Origin: Acidobacteriota bacterium
Lineage (GTDB): Bacteria; Acidobacteriota; UBA890; WLXD01
Assembly: GCA_963666055.2 (NCBI GenBank)
Contig: CAXWPH010000012.1
Coordinates: forward strand, 384,001 to 448,000
DNA length: 64,000 nt
Reading direction: 5' to 3'
Under the pieces are notes generated by a model, which was not told where the DNA came from, searched no databases, and saw only the letters and a list, made by a program, of their open reading frames with translations. The translations under genes and the position numbers were made by a program. Below are positions 9,886 to 20,021 of this stretch, in pieces. Position 1 is the stretch's first letter. Every line of letters begins with the position of its first letter.

Positions 9886-11160
9886 TTGGCTCAAATAAGA
9901 GAGGTCAAGGTCCCGGACGTCGGCGACTTCGACGATGTCGAGGTTGTGGAGCTGCTGGTTGCGCCCGGCGACACGGTATCGGTGGATCAGTCGCTGATCA
10001 CGCTCGAGAGCGACAAGGCCTCCATGGAGGTGCCGTCGCCGGTAGCGGGCGTCGTTGCCGAGCTCCGCGTCGCCATCGGCGATACCGTGGCCGAGGGCAA
10101 CGTGATCTTGACCCTCGAACCAGCCGGCGCCGCATCCGCTGACGAGCCGTCGTCGGGCGGAGATCCGTTCAAGGCGTTCCACCAGGAACCGCGAGCGCCT
10201 GAGCCGGAGATGGCCTCGCCGGTGCCCCCACCTCGTGCGCATGCGCCGCGGGTAACCGCCGAGCCCGTCGATCCAGCTTCCCTTCCCTGGGCGAGCCCAT
10301 CGACCCGCAAGCTGGCCCGCGAGCTCGGGGTCGACCTCTCGACACTGGTCGGCAGCGGACGCGACGGGCGTGTCACACCAGCGGATGTCGAGACCGGCGC
10401 CCGCCGGGCCACGACCACAGGCTCGGCGCTGCCCGAGATGCCGGCGATCGACTTCACACAGTTCGGAGAGATCGAGGTCCAGCCGCTGACTCGTATCCAG
10501 AGGCTAACCGGTGAGAATCTGCACCGGGCATGGCTACACGTGCCGCACGTCACGCAATTCGACGAGGCCGACATTACCGAGCTCGAAGCCTTCCGCAGGG
10601 CACACCTGGCCGAGGCCGAGGGGCTCGGGTTCAAGCTCACCTTCGTCGGCTTCATGCTGACGGCGGCGGCCGCCGCGTTACGCAAGTTTCCACGCTTCAA
10701 CTCGTCGCTCGACCCGGCCGGCGGTGGGCTCATCGCCAAGCGCTACACGCACATAGGCGTGGCCGTTGAGACCCCGAAGGGTCTCGTCGTACCGGTAATC
10801 CGTGACGTCGACAAGAAACGTGTCTTCCAGCTCGCCGAGGAGCTCGCCGACATCAGCTCGCGGGCCCGCGAAGGAAAGCTCACCCTATCCGATATTCAGG
10901 GGGGGAGCTTCACGATCTCCAGCCTTGGAGGCATCGGCGGCACTGCCTTCACGCCGATCGTCAACGCCCCGGAAGTCGCCATCCTCGGGGTCTCGCGCGC
11001 CCAGATGCGACCCGTCTGGCAGGACGGAGAGTTCGCACCGCGCCTCATGCTGCCACTGTCCCTTTCCTACGACCATCGGGTCATCGACGGCGCCGCCGCC
11101 GCCAGGTTCACCACCTACCTGGCCGGCGTGCTTTCGGACATCCGCAACTTGCTGCTATAG
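9886..11160 (+). CDS. aceF: Dihydrolipoamide acetyltransferase E2
   Basis: Lipoyl domain (ESDKASME), E3-binding ASPS.RKLARE, SYDHRVIDG; TTG start with RBS. Confidence 0.95.
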   Translation: MAQIREVKVPDVGDFDDVEVVELLVAPGDTVSVDQSLITLESDKASMEVPSPVAGVVAELRVAIGDTVAEGNVILTLEPAGAASADEPSSGGDPFKAFHQEPRAPEPEMASPVPPPRAHAPRVTAEPVDPASLPWASPSTRKLARELGVDLSTLVGSGRDGRVTPADVETGARRATTTGSALPEMPAIDFTQFGEIEVQPLTRIQRLTGENLHRAWLHVPHVTQFDEADITELEAFRRAHLAEAEGLGFKLTFVGFMLTAAAAALRKFPRFNSSLDPAGGGLIAKRYTHIGVAVETPKGLVVPVIRDVDKKRVFQLAEELADISSRAREGKLTLSDIQGGSFTISSLGGIGGTAFTPIVNAPEVAILGVSRAQMRPVWQDGEFAPRLMLPLSLSYDHRVIDGAAAARFTTYLAGVLSDIRNLLL

Positions 11161-11168
11161 AAACACTG

Positions 11169-12965
11169 ATGACGGATCTGATTGAAGTTCGGGTGCCCGA
11201 CATCGGCGACTTCGACAACGTCGAGGTCACCGAGCTAATGGTGCGGCCGGGCGATGTCGTCGAGGCCGAGGCCTCTCTGATAGTGCTCGAGAGCGACAAG
11301 GCCAGCCTCGAGCTCCCGGCGCCAGTGGGTGGCATCGTGCGGAAGGTGCACGTGACGATCGGAGATACGGTATCGGAGGGGTCGCCGGTCGCCACCATCG
11401 AGCCGAGCGACAGTGCCGACATCCATGCCGAGCCGCCGGCGCCGCAGGTCCGCCAGCAACCCGCCGCGCCGGAGCCCGAGCAGCCATCGCCGACACCTCC
11501 GCCGCGAGCGTCTTCGCCGGCCGCGCCGCTGCCGCAGGAAACACCGTTGCCCACCGCAGACATCCAGACCGAAGTGGTGGTGATCGGATCCGGCCCCGGC
11601 GGCTACACAGCCGCATTCCGAGCCGCCGATCTAGGCAAGCAGGTGGTGCTCGTCGAGCGCTTCGCACGCCTCGGTGGAGTGTGCCTCAACGTCGGGTGCA
11701 TCCCGTCCAAGGCCATGCTGCACGCGGCCGCGCTGATCGACGAGGCGGCCGAGTTCAAGAGTCGCGGCATCGATTTCGGAACGCCGAAATTCGACCTCCC
11801 GGCGCTCGCGAACTGGAAGGACAGCGTCGTCGACGGGCTCACCGGGGGGCTCGTGCAGCTCGCCAAGAAGCGCGGCGTCACCGTGGTTCAGGGACGAGCG
11901 ACGTTTACGGGCGAGCACACGCTGTTGATTCAACAACAGCAAGACCAACGGACGTTGGCCTACCAGAGCGCCATCATCGCCGTCGGGTCGCGCGCCGCCA
12001 TGCTTCCCGGGGTACCCGAGGACGACGACCGCCTATGGACCTCGAACGACGCCATCCGTTTCGACTGCATACCGAATCGCCTGCTGGTGGTCGGTGGCGG
12101 CATCATTGGTCTCGAGCTCGCCCAGGTCTACGCCTCACTCGGTAGCAGGGTCACGGTGGTCGAGCTACTCGACGGGCTCATGCCCGGAGCGGACCGCGAC
12201 CTCGTACGCCTGCTGGAGCGTCGTATCAAGACGCGCTACGAGAACATTTTCACAGCCACGAAAGTCACCGCGATCAAGCCGCTCAAGCGCGGGCTCAAGG
12301 TCACAATGGAGGGCCCGAAAGCACCCGCAGTCGATACTTTCGACGCCGTGCTCGTCGCCGTCGGACGGCGGCCGAACGGCGACCGCATAGGAGCGGAGGT
12401 CGCCGGCATCCACGTCGACACACGCGGCTTCGTTGCCACCGACCTGCAACAGCGCACCAACGTGGCGCACATCTTCGCTATCGGCGACGTCGCCGGCGAG
12501 CCCATGCTGGCCCACAAGGCGACTCATGAGGGAAAGGTCGCGGCCGAGGTGATCGCCGGCAAGGCGCGCGCGTTCGACGCCAGCGTGATCCCGTCGGTCG
12601 CCTACACCGACCCGGAGGTCGCTTGGGTGGGGATCACCGAGGAGGAGGCCGCTGAGCAGGGCGTCCAAGTCGAGAAGGGGCGTATCCCTTGGGGTGTAAG
12701 TGGTCGCGCTCAAGGACTGGGTCGACCCGAGGGGTTGACCAAGCTGCTCTTCGACGCCAAGAACGGTCGCCTGCTCGGCGCCGGTTTCGTCGGTGCGCAC
12801 GCCGGCGACCTCATCGGAGAGGCTGCGCTGGCTATCGAAATGGGGGCCAACGCCACCGATATCGGGCTCACGATACACCCGCATCCGACGCTCTCGGAGA
12901 CGCTGGCCTTCGCTGCCGAGGCCGTCGAGGGCACGCTGACCGATCTGTACCTGCCGAAGCGTTAG
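11169..12965 (+). CDS. lpdA: Dihydrolipoamide dehydrogenase E3 with N-terminal lipoyl domain
   Basis: ESDKASLE lipoyl domain, GGVCLNVGCIPSK, HPHPTLSE. Confidence 0.96.
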   Translation: MTDLIEVRVPDIGDFDNVEVTELMVRPGDVVEAEASLIVLESDKASLELPAPVGGIVRKVHVTIGDTVSEGSPVATIEPSDSADIHAEPPAPQVRQQPAAPEPEQPSPTPPPRASSPAAPLPQETPLPTADIQTEVVVIGSGPGGYTAAFRAADLGKQVVLVERFARLGGVCLNVGCIPSKAMLHAAALIDEAAEFKSRGIDFGTPKFDLPALANWKDSVVDGLTGGLVQLAKKRGVTVVQGRATFTGEHTLLIQQQQDQRTLAYQSAIIAVGSRAAMLPGVPEDDDRLWTSNDAIRFDCIPNRLLVVGGGIIGLELAQVYASLGSRVTVVELLDGLMPGADRDLVRLLERRIKTRYENIFTATKVTAIKPLKRGLKVTMEGPKAPAVDTFDAVLVAVGRRPNGDRIGAEVAGIHVDTRGFVATDLQQRTNVAHIFAIGDVAGEPMLAHKATHEGKVAAEVIAGKARAFDASVIPSVAYTDPEVAWVGITEEEAAEQGVQVEKGRIPWGVSGRAQGLGRPEGLTKLLFDAKNGRLLGAGFVGAHAGDLIGEAALAIEMGANATDIGLTIHPHPTLSETLAFAAEAVEGTLTDLYLPKR

Positions 12966-13100
12966 CCGTTCAGGAAGTGGCTCGCCCCTCCCGTCCGGAC
13001 GCTAGGAAGCTCCGTCAGCCGATACACTCGGGTCGCCGGAAGGGTCCGTTGTCGCCGCTGGTGCCCTACGCATACACCGACCTCCTCGGAGACGCTGCGC

Positions 13101-13970
13101 ATGCGATTCGATCCAATCCTGGGGCCAACTCTGGTGCTCGGCCTGTTGTCGATTCCCGTCGCGGCCACCGCACAGGAAGGCACCTCCCCGCCAACCGAGC
13201 CGGCGGGCTGGTCGGGCACTGCGGAGGCCACGTTCGTGTTCACCGGCGGCAACTCCTCGGCAAGCAGCCTCGGCTTTCGCCTGGCGATTGGTCGCGATTG
13301 GCTCGGCGGCAGCGTGGCGCTGGAGGGTGGTGGAATTCGCGTGAAGTCGAGCACGCGCACTCTGACGGCGATCGGCAACATCGATGACTTCTCGGTACTG
13401 GAGGAGACGTTGACCAGCCTCACTGCGGAGAACTACTACGCCCGCGTGCGCTTTGACCATCCGCTCGGCGGCAACCTCCTTTGGTATGTGGGCGGCGGCT
13501 GGGAGCGCAACCATTTCGCCGGAATCGACAGCCGCTACGCGATCACCGCCGGCCTGGCTCGTATTTGGTTCGAGAACGAGCGCTCGCACTTGCGCACAGA
13601 TCTCGGGCTCACATACACACAAGAGAGCTTCGTTACTTCTATCGACGGCGCCGATTTCGGCGGGTTGCGTTTCTCCTGGGACGTTGGACGAGCGTTGAGC
13701 GACTCCACAACCTTCGAGAGTAAGCTGATCGTAGATGACAACCTTGCGGAGACGGCCGACCTGCGGGCTGATTTCCTCAACTCGCTGGCGGTAGCGATGA
13801 GCGACCGACTGGCGCTCAAGATCAGCTTCCAAGTGATTTGGGACAACCGGCCGGCGCTCGTCGGAATACCCCTGGTACTCTTGGACGGTTTCGTGCCGGG
13901 AGACATCGTACTGACCCCACTCGGCAAGACAGACAGCCTATTGACGCTTGCACTGGTGGTTAACTTCTAG
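13101..13970 (+). CDS. DUF481/YdiY-like outer membrane barrel protein
   Basis: Signal peptide, W.G......TGGNS, F.GIDSR, WDNRP, C-terminal Phe. Confidence 0.7.
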   Translation: MRFDPILGPTLVLGLLSIPVAATAQEGTSPPTEPAGWSGTAEATFVFTGGNSSASSLGFRLAIGRDWLGGSVALEGGGIRVKSSTRTLTAIGNIDDFSVLEETLTSLTAENYYARVRFDHPLGGNLLWYVGGGWERNHFAGIDSRYAITAGLARIWFENERSHLRTDLGLTYTQESFVTSIDGADFGGLRFSWDVGRALSDSTTFESKLIVDDNLAETADLRADFLNSLAVAMSDRLALKISFQVIWDNRPALVGIPLVLLDGFVPGDIVLTPLGKTDSLLTLALVVNF

Positions 13971-14087
13971 CGCTCATGTCCGACGCTGTACGGGTTTACG
14001 GGTTCTTAGCGTCATAGTCCGTCGCTGCTGGCTTTTTCTCCTGGTGATACCGATTCTGTACCTGAGGGGCCCCGCAAATCCCCAGGT

Positions 14088-15698
14088 GTGGATGAGGATC
14101 TCTCGATCGGCCGCAGATGGGCCTCCAAGAAGCGGCGTAAGAACGACCAGCTGCTGCGCGCGATGTTTCAGTTCATCGAGAATTCGGACGGGACCTTCCG
14201 CATCGTCTCTACAAAACACGGCAACTACGCGCTGGATGCCGAGGGGTCTGGCGGCACCAGGAAGCTCATCCTGCGGGATGTCCGGAGTGGTTCATTAGAC
14301 ACCAAGGTCGCGGGCTATCTCACCTTCGAGATAACCACCGGCAGCCCGATCGTCCTGAGCGCAACAGGACGTAAGATGGCCAAACGTCGGTCTGACTTCG
14401 GGGATGATTTCGTCGATGACCCCAGTTGGAAAACCCAGCAGGTAACTCTGCTGAACGGCAGCCTGGTACTGGAAAAAGGCGCGGGCACGCCGATGCGCTT
14501 GTACGCGGCTTCCATCGACCTGGATATCCCATTCGATTTCAACCCGGATGGAACCGAGCGCGTCAGCAACGCCGAGGCAACGCCGGTGGTCACAGAGGAC
14601 AGGGTCTCTGAGACCGCCGGCAAAGTGGTGGATAAATACCAAGCTCAGATTGCAGCGGCTGGCGCCAACGCCGGAACGTCAAGAGCAGCAGCCGCCATGC
14701 TAGCCGCAATCGAGGACGATCTTGCAGCCGAGGGTGCCCAGATGCGTTACCCCGCCGAGTTCTACATGACCTTCCGCGATGGACTCCTCGCGCGGACCCT
14801 CGAATCCTCAGAATCGACCGATGGCGTGCTCGGCCAACTCACCGTGCCGTACGTGTACTTCACCAACGAAACCGACGGTGACGGGGTCCACCATCCCTTC
14901 ATGGTGATCGCTAGTTACGGACTACCCGACAGCCTGGCACTGCTGTGGGATGTGGCAAGGCCACCGGGTGACGGTGTGGATCCTGAGTTCACGAACCAAT
15001 CAGTGACGCGCAGTTTCCACCGAGAAGGCTTTCTGACGAAGATCCCCCTGCGAGATTACGGAGAGGTCGAGAGCCTGACGGAGAATGTTATGAACGCCGA
15101 CCTCGCGAGCGACGTCGGCGTCACGGAATTCACTCACCACAACAGAACGAGCGTGTCGGCGACCGGAATGGCCATTGACGGCGTGATCATATATCCGACA
15201 TTCAACAACTCGCTGCACGTCGCGCAAGCGGACGCGGAGCTCTCGGCCCATGGTATGCACTCCGGACGCGGCCTCGGCTTGCACTATCACGCGGACGCGC
15301 ACAGCGCCAAGGGAGAAGGTCTGAATCTGTACAACGACGCGGATTACGAGGGACGTTCGCACCCTCCCATCGTCAGCATCGGTTTCGACGGTGTGGCGGG
15401 CTACGGTTTCTATCTGGCAGGTGACAGAAAGAGTGACGGAGCCAGAGTCGCCTTGGACGACTTCGGCGGGCATGAACACGGTGGCTACGCCTACCACTAC
15501 CATTCCTTCACGGCGGAGGAAGTTACCGATACTGGCGGTAGACCTGGGGACCCGCCGGGAGGAGTTCCCTACACAGCGCACATGTTGCCACCGCTCGGCG
15601 CCTGGGGGGGGCGCATTAACGACGTCCCCGAGTTCTGGGACAACAGGGCTCCGAACTTTGTCGGCGGGAATAGCGTGTTTCTCGGCACCGCGGAATAG
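14088..15698 (+). CDS. Hypothetical protein with C-terminal YHYH-like domain; 5' end possibly truncated
   Basis: G.AIDGV.IYP, LHYHAD, IGFDG, LDDFGGHEH, YAYHYH; no signal peptide or clear start. Confidence 0.6.
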   Translation: MDEDLSIGRRWASKKRRKNDQLLRAMFQFIENSDGTFRIVSTKHGNYALDAEGSGGTRKLILRDVRSGSLDTKVAGYLTFEITTGSPIVLSATGRKMAKRRSDFGDDFVDDPSWKTQQVTLLNGSLVLEKGAGTPMRLYAASIDLDIPFDFNPDGTERVSNAEATPVVTEDRVSETAGKVVDKYQAQIAAAGANAGTSRAAAAMLAAIEDDLAAEGAQMRYPAEFYMTFRDGLLARTLESSESTDGVLGQLTVPYVYFTNETDGDGVHHPFMVIASYGLPDSLALLWDVARPPGDGVDPEFTNQSVTRSFHREGFLTKIPLRDYGEVESLTENVMNADLASDVGVTEFTHHNRTSVSATGMAIDGVIIYPTFNNSLHVAQADAELSAHGMHSGRGLGLHYHADAHSAKGEGLNLYNDADYEGRSHPPIVSIGFDGVAGYGFYLAGDRKSDGARVALDDFGGHEHGGYAYHYHSFTAEEVTDTGGRPGDPPGGVPYTAHMLPPLGAWGGRINDVPEFWDNRAPNFVGGNSVFLGTAE

Positions 15699-15905
15699 AG
15701 GCTACCGTGGCAGTCCTCGTCGTCCGATTCATCTGGCGCTGCTCTCCCATGGTGAGAGCCGATCTATTCCGCTAGGCGGAGCTGTCGCCCGAGGAGAAGG
15801 CCAAGATCCCAGGGTGCGTATAGGGTGCGGAATGGCTGATACCACTTTGATACCGATTTACCCCCTTTTACCGGCCATTTACCCTTATTCGACCCCTAAA
15901 CCACG

Positions 15906-16502
15906 GTGATTTCATTGATAAAGATTTACGGGTTCGAGACCTCGAACAACTTCAAAATCCGTGTGGCGCTCGGCTACAAGGACATCCCCTACGAGTTCCA
16001 CACCATCGCCCCGGACGACAGGTCCTTGGTGATCGAGGTCTCCGGGCAACCCTTCACCCCGGTGCTGGTCCACGGCGACGTCGTGATCCCTGATTCGGCG
16101 GCGATTCTCCGCTACCTCGACGCCAACTTCCGGGATACTCCGCAGCTGTACAGTCGTGACTACGACGAGCTGCGCGAGATCGAGGAATGGGAAAGCTGGG
16201 GACGTGCCACCCTGGCGCGACCGCTGCTGATGTTGGTTCGTCAGCGGCGGGCGGGTCGAGATGATCCGTCTGAGGTTCAGGAGGCCACGCAGCTCCTGGC
16301 GTCTGCTTGCCTACAACTCGAGGAACGGCTCTGCGACAACGAGTGGCTCGTGGGCAACCGGCTCACCGCCGCCGACGTCACCTGCGGCCCAGTCATGTAT
16401 CGAGCCAGCGAGTCCGGCATGCTGCCGTTGCCCGACAACATAGACGCGGCGCGCCAATGGATGCGCCGGGTGATGATGCACGATGCAGGCACACCACAGT
16501 AG
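15906..16502 (+). CDS. Glutathione S-transferase family protein
   Basis: SNNFKIRVAL, TPVL, DSAAILRYL, WLVGNRLTAAD. Confidence 0.88.
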   Translation: MISLIKIYGFETSNNFKIRVALGYKDIPYEFHTIAPDDRSLVIEVSGQPFTPVLVHGDVVIPDSAAILRYLDANFRDTPQLYSRDYDELREIEEWESWGRATLARPLLMLVRQRRAGRDDPSEVQEATQLLASACLQLEERLCDNEWLVGNRLTAADVTCGPVMYRASESGMLPLPDNIDAARQWMRRVMMHDAGTPQ

Positions 16503-16549
16503 CGTCGAGAGACCGCCGGGATCGCCGCTGAGCCTGCCTTATCGCCTCA

Positions 16550-18007
16550 TCAGCTCGACGCCCACCGGGTCGCCTCAAACTCCTGAAAGCGTTCTCCCAG
16601 CCGACCCAGGAGTCGCTGCTTGTCGCTCGCCGGCAGAAAGCTGTAGGTAATGCTGTTCAGTGACAGGGTCTTCAGCGTTGGATAAGAAACTTCGTCGTTG
16701 CGCGCCGCCAGTGCGAACTGCTGTTGTAGATCAGAGAACATCGGCCCCGGATCGTCGGTGCACAGCACCACCGGCACACCGGCCGACAAGTACTCGAGCA
16801 ACGGGTGCCCTATGGGCCCGACACCGAGCAACTGCCGATTGCTCTCGAGATTGATCTCGACCGCAACGCCTCGCTGCCGCATCTGCGCCATCAACCGGGT
16901 TGGATCAGGATCGGCGTTCAGCGCCACTGCGTGGCCAACGCGTTGGGCGGCCGCGCCGCCCCCAACAGCCGGCGCGACCGCGAGCGCGATGTGCCGCTCG
17001 GCGCCGAGGAGGCTCGCCAGCGCGACGGTCATCTCTCCGGCGTGCAACGTCCGCTTTACCTCCGGATAGAAGGCCGCCATCTCACCGAACATCTTCATGT
17101 GCAGCTCATAGTCGCTCAGCGACACGGGGTGCGTTTCAGGACCGGCAAGGTTGATACCCACAACAATTGGGCTGGCCTGGGCGATCTCGTACGCCAGTAG
17201 GAGTCGGACGAAGAAGCTCGTCGGGTCCACGGTACGGACGAAGAGTTGCTGAAAGCGCACCAGCGTGTCGCACCCCGAGTCGGGGTGTTCCCCGCTGCAC
17301 CTCAGAATCTGGTCGGAGCGAGCCAGCTCTCGAGATAGCGCCTCCACGGTGCGGTCGCGGATCTCACCCAACGCCGGACGGGCGAGAATCGTCTCCCGAA
17401 GCTCGGCAAGATTATCGTCCCACCCCACCGAGGCGATCAGGCGGGCGCGCGCCTCCGGCACCGGTGTGTAGCCGGTCGACGTCTCGAGATAGACGACGCC
17501 TTGCTGGGCCGCTAACGACCTCGCCGCAGCGAGTACGCGCCCGAAGTCGCGTCGCGCCAGGCCAGACTGTTCGAAGGTCGTGAAAAAGTAGTCGTTGGCC
17601 TGGTTTCGGTCGATCGACGTGTTGTCGGACAGATAATCCAGCATCGACCAGCGCCTCTCGATCTCGCGATGGAAGGCGCCGTCGTCGAGCGCCGCCGCCA
17701 CCGGTCGCGTATCGCCGGTGCAGGGCGGTGCTCGCAGGATCCAGACCGACTCCTGGTCGGTCGGCAGACACAGGCCATCTTCGGCGGCGAGGCGAATGAG
17801 CGCTGCCGGACGAACGCCGCCCGACATGTGGTGGTGCAGGTCGCCGCCCAGTGGCATTCGATCGAGGAACTGGTCAAGCCTGACCGGGTCGTCTCGAATG
17901 CTCTCGAAGTAGGCCGCCGTCGCACCCGTAGCATCGCGCGCCGCCCGACCGCCGCAACCGCCGGCGAGGACAGCCACCGCAAGCACGGTGCCCAGCAGTC
18001 TGATCAT
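16550..18007 (-). CDS. Adenosine deaminase family protein with lipoprotein signal
   Basis: DLHHHMSG, LHAGE, RVGHA, TDDPG; lipobox LAGGC. Confidence 0.82.
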   Translation of the reverse strand: MIRLLGTVLAVAVLAGGCGGRAARDATGATAAYFESIRDDPVRLDQFLDRMPLGGDLHHHMSGGVRPAALIRLAAEDGLCLPTDQESVWILRAPPCTGDTRPVAAALDDGAFHREIERRWSMLDYLSDNTSIDRNQANDYFFTTFEQSGLARRDFGRVLAAARSLAAQQGVVYLETSTGYTPVPEARARLIASVGWDDNLAELRETILARPALGEIRDRTVEALSRELARSDQILRCSGEHPDSGCDTLVRFQQLFVRTVDPTSFFVRLLLAYEIAQASPIVVGINLAGPETHPVSLSDYELHMKMFGEMAAFYPEVKRTLHAGEMTVALASLLGAERHIALAVAPAVGGGAAAQRVGHAVALNADPDPTRLMAQMRQRGVAVEINLESNRQLLGVGPIGHPLLEYLSAGVPVVLCTDDPGPMFSDLQQQFALAARNDEVSYPTLKTLSLNSITYSFLPASDKQRLLGRLGERFQEFEATRWASS

Positions 18008-18408
18008 GTCTACGCGGCGTCGTGGCGCGCCGGACCCGACGCAATCCGCACTCGTGTCGGACTGGAGCAAGAGCACGGTCCACGGCGCGCGGGCCATCAA
18101 GACACCCCCCTTCCGCTGCAGCTCGGCGGCTGACTCATCGGTGCCGCCATTCTACGGAACCGGCGCCCGAATGCACCCTCAAGACGGTGTCCCGCAGTCG
18201 GTGACGACGTCTGGTTGAGCATCCAACGCGGCAAGGGATGGACGCGTGCATTGAAGGAGCCTTCCGTGCGAGAATCCTCACGCTCTCTCGTACGGTCGAT
18301 AGCGACTTCATCGTTCCCGCGTCGGCCCCCATGGTTCGTAGGTCGCCCTCGGGCGAAACTCCAGATGCTGGTGTACAGCGCACTCGAGAACAAAATCAGG
18401 TATTCAAC

Positions 18409-18879
18409 ATGAGAGCGATGCGTTTGACGGTGTTCGCTCTGGCCACAGTTCTCTTCGGGTGTGCCCCGGATACCCCACCGACCGTGAGAATGGCCAACGT
18501 CAAGCAGCTGATGAATGCGGTGATCGAACCTGCTGCCGAGGTCTACTGGGACGCGGTGGGAACGATCATCGACGAGAACGGCATACTGGAGATCGCGCCC
18601 AGCAGCGCCGCAGAGTGGCAGGCGGTGCGCAACGCCGCCGTGGTGATGGCTGAGTCCGGCGACTTGTTGATGATGGAGAGTCGCGCCATAGACCAGGGCG
18701 CATGGACGGCCTTGTCGAGGGCGATGAGCAAGGCAGGAGGTCAGGCGCTCGAGGCGGCGGAAGCTGAGGATACAGACGCTGTCTTTGACGCCGGCGCCGA
18801 AGTCTACTACGCCTGCTCCGCTTGCCACACGGCGTACGCGCCCGAGATTCTCAGGCCAAGCGACATCCGCGACGAGTAG
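18409..18879 (+). CDS. Lipoprotein c-type cytochrome (cytochrome c'-like, C-terminal heme motif)
   Basis: Lipobox LFGC, helical sequence, CSACH near the C-terminus. Confidence 0.75.
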   Translation: MRAMRLTVFALATVLFGCAPDTPPTVRMANVKQLMNAVIEPAAEVYWDAVGTIIDENGILEIAPSSAAEWQAVRNAAVVMAESGDLLMMESRAIDQGAWTALSRAMSKAGGQALEAAEAEDTDAVFDAGAEVYYACSACHTAYAPEILRPSDIRDE

Positions 18880-18887
18880 GGACAGGA

Positions 18888-19442
18888 GTGATACTGAGTT
18901 TCCTGGAGTGGTTGGGAAGCACCAGCTGGAGCGTGGCGCTCCTGGAGTCTCTCTACGCGTGGCCGCTGCTGGAATCGACCCATGTCCTCAGCCTGGGTCT
19001 GTTTGTCGGCACCGCCGTGATGAACGATCTGCGCTTACTAGGCTGGACCATGAGGCGCGTCCCCGTTTGGGAGATCACTGGGCGGTTGCTGCCCTGGACA
19101 CGGCTAGGCTTCGTCGTGATGGTGATCACCGGGCTGCTGATCTTCTACTCCAATCCCCTCCGCTACTATCACAACATCTTCTTCCGCGTGAAGGTGGGGC
19201 TGCTGATCGTGGCTGGCCTCAACGCGTTCGTCTTCCACCGCGGAGTTCATCGAGGAGTCGCGGAGTGGGGTCGCGCGGCGCTCCCGCCGCGCCAAGCACG
19301 CGTGGCCGGTGCTGTGTCGCTTGTCGCCTGGGCGCTGATCGTCGTCACCGGGCGAATGATCGCCTACAACTGGTTCGACTGCAGCATCCAGCCGCAGGCC
19401 GACTGGGTCAACTGGGCTGCCGGATGCGTGACTCAACCCTAA
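18888..19442 (+). CDS. DUF6644 family membrane protein
   Basis: WP.LESTH.L...L..G.....DLRLLG, ITGLL.F, N.FF..K, GR.IAY. Confidence 0.7.
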   Translation: MILSFLEWLGSTSWSVALLESLYAWPLLESTHVLSLGLFVGTAVMNDLRLLGWTMRRVPVWEITGRLLPWTRLGFVVMVITGLLIFYSNPLRYYHNIFFRVKVGLLIVAGLNAFVFHRGVHRGVAEWGRAALPPRQARVAGAVSLVAWALIVVTGRMIAYNWFDCSIQPQADWVNWAAGCVTQP

Positions 19443-19505
19443 CGAGAAGTCGATTGTCCGGAATGGCGGGCTTGCTGCACCGACTGAGGGCGGGGCCGTA
19501 ACGTC

Positions 19506-19979
19506 ATGCTGCTGTGGGTGTTCGAATGGTGCGACGCTACCGCCCTGGGGGCGGCAGTCCGCAACTCGCTGTGGCTGTTTCCAGCCATCGAGGCGGTACA
19601 CTTACTCGGCCTCTCGCTGCTCGGCGGAGCGCTGCTGGTGGTGGACCTACGGCTGCTGGGGGTGGGGCTCAAGAGGCAGACGATCGCGGAGCTAGCCGAG
19701 CAGATGCGTCCGTGGCTGTTGGGCGCGCTCGTGGTGATGGGCATGACAGGACTCCTGTTGTTCCTGTCGGAAGCCATCAAGTGCTACTACAACGACGCCT
19801 TCTGGATGAAGATCACGACGCTGCCGGTGGCGCTGCTGTTCAGCTTCACCGTCCGAGCGCGCGTCGCCGGCACCGGCGGACTCGACGCCTCGATGCGCAC
19901 CCGTCTCGTCGGCGCCATCTCTATCGCGCTCTGGTTCATCGTTGCCGCGGCCGGCCGCTGGATCGGCTTCTCTGGTTAG
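19506..19979 (+). CDS. DUF6644 family membrane protein (second paralogue)
   Basis: FP.IEAVHL, DLRLLG, TGLLLF, GRWIGF. Confidence 0.7.
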   Translation: MLLWVFEWCDATALGAAVRNSLWLFPAIEAVHLLGLSLLGGALLVVDLRLLGVGLKRQTIAELAEQMRPWLLGALVVMGMTGLLLFLSEAIKCYYNDAFWMKITTLPVALLFSFTVRARVAGTGGLDASMRTRLVGAISIALWFIVAAAGRWIGFSG

Positions 19980-20021
19980 CGGTCGCTGTCCGTCGGCCTG
20001 CCAGTGTCCTCACTCAGGCCA

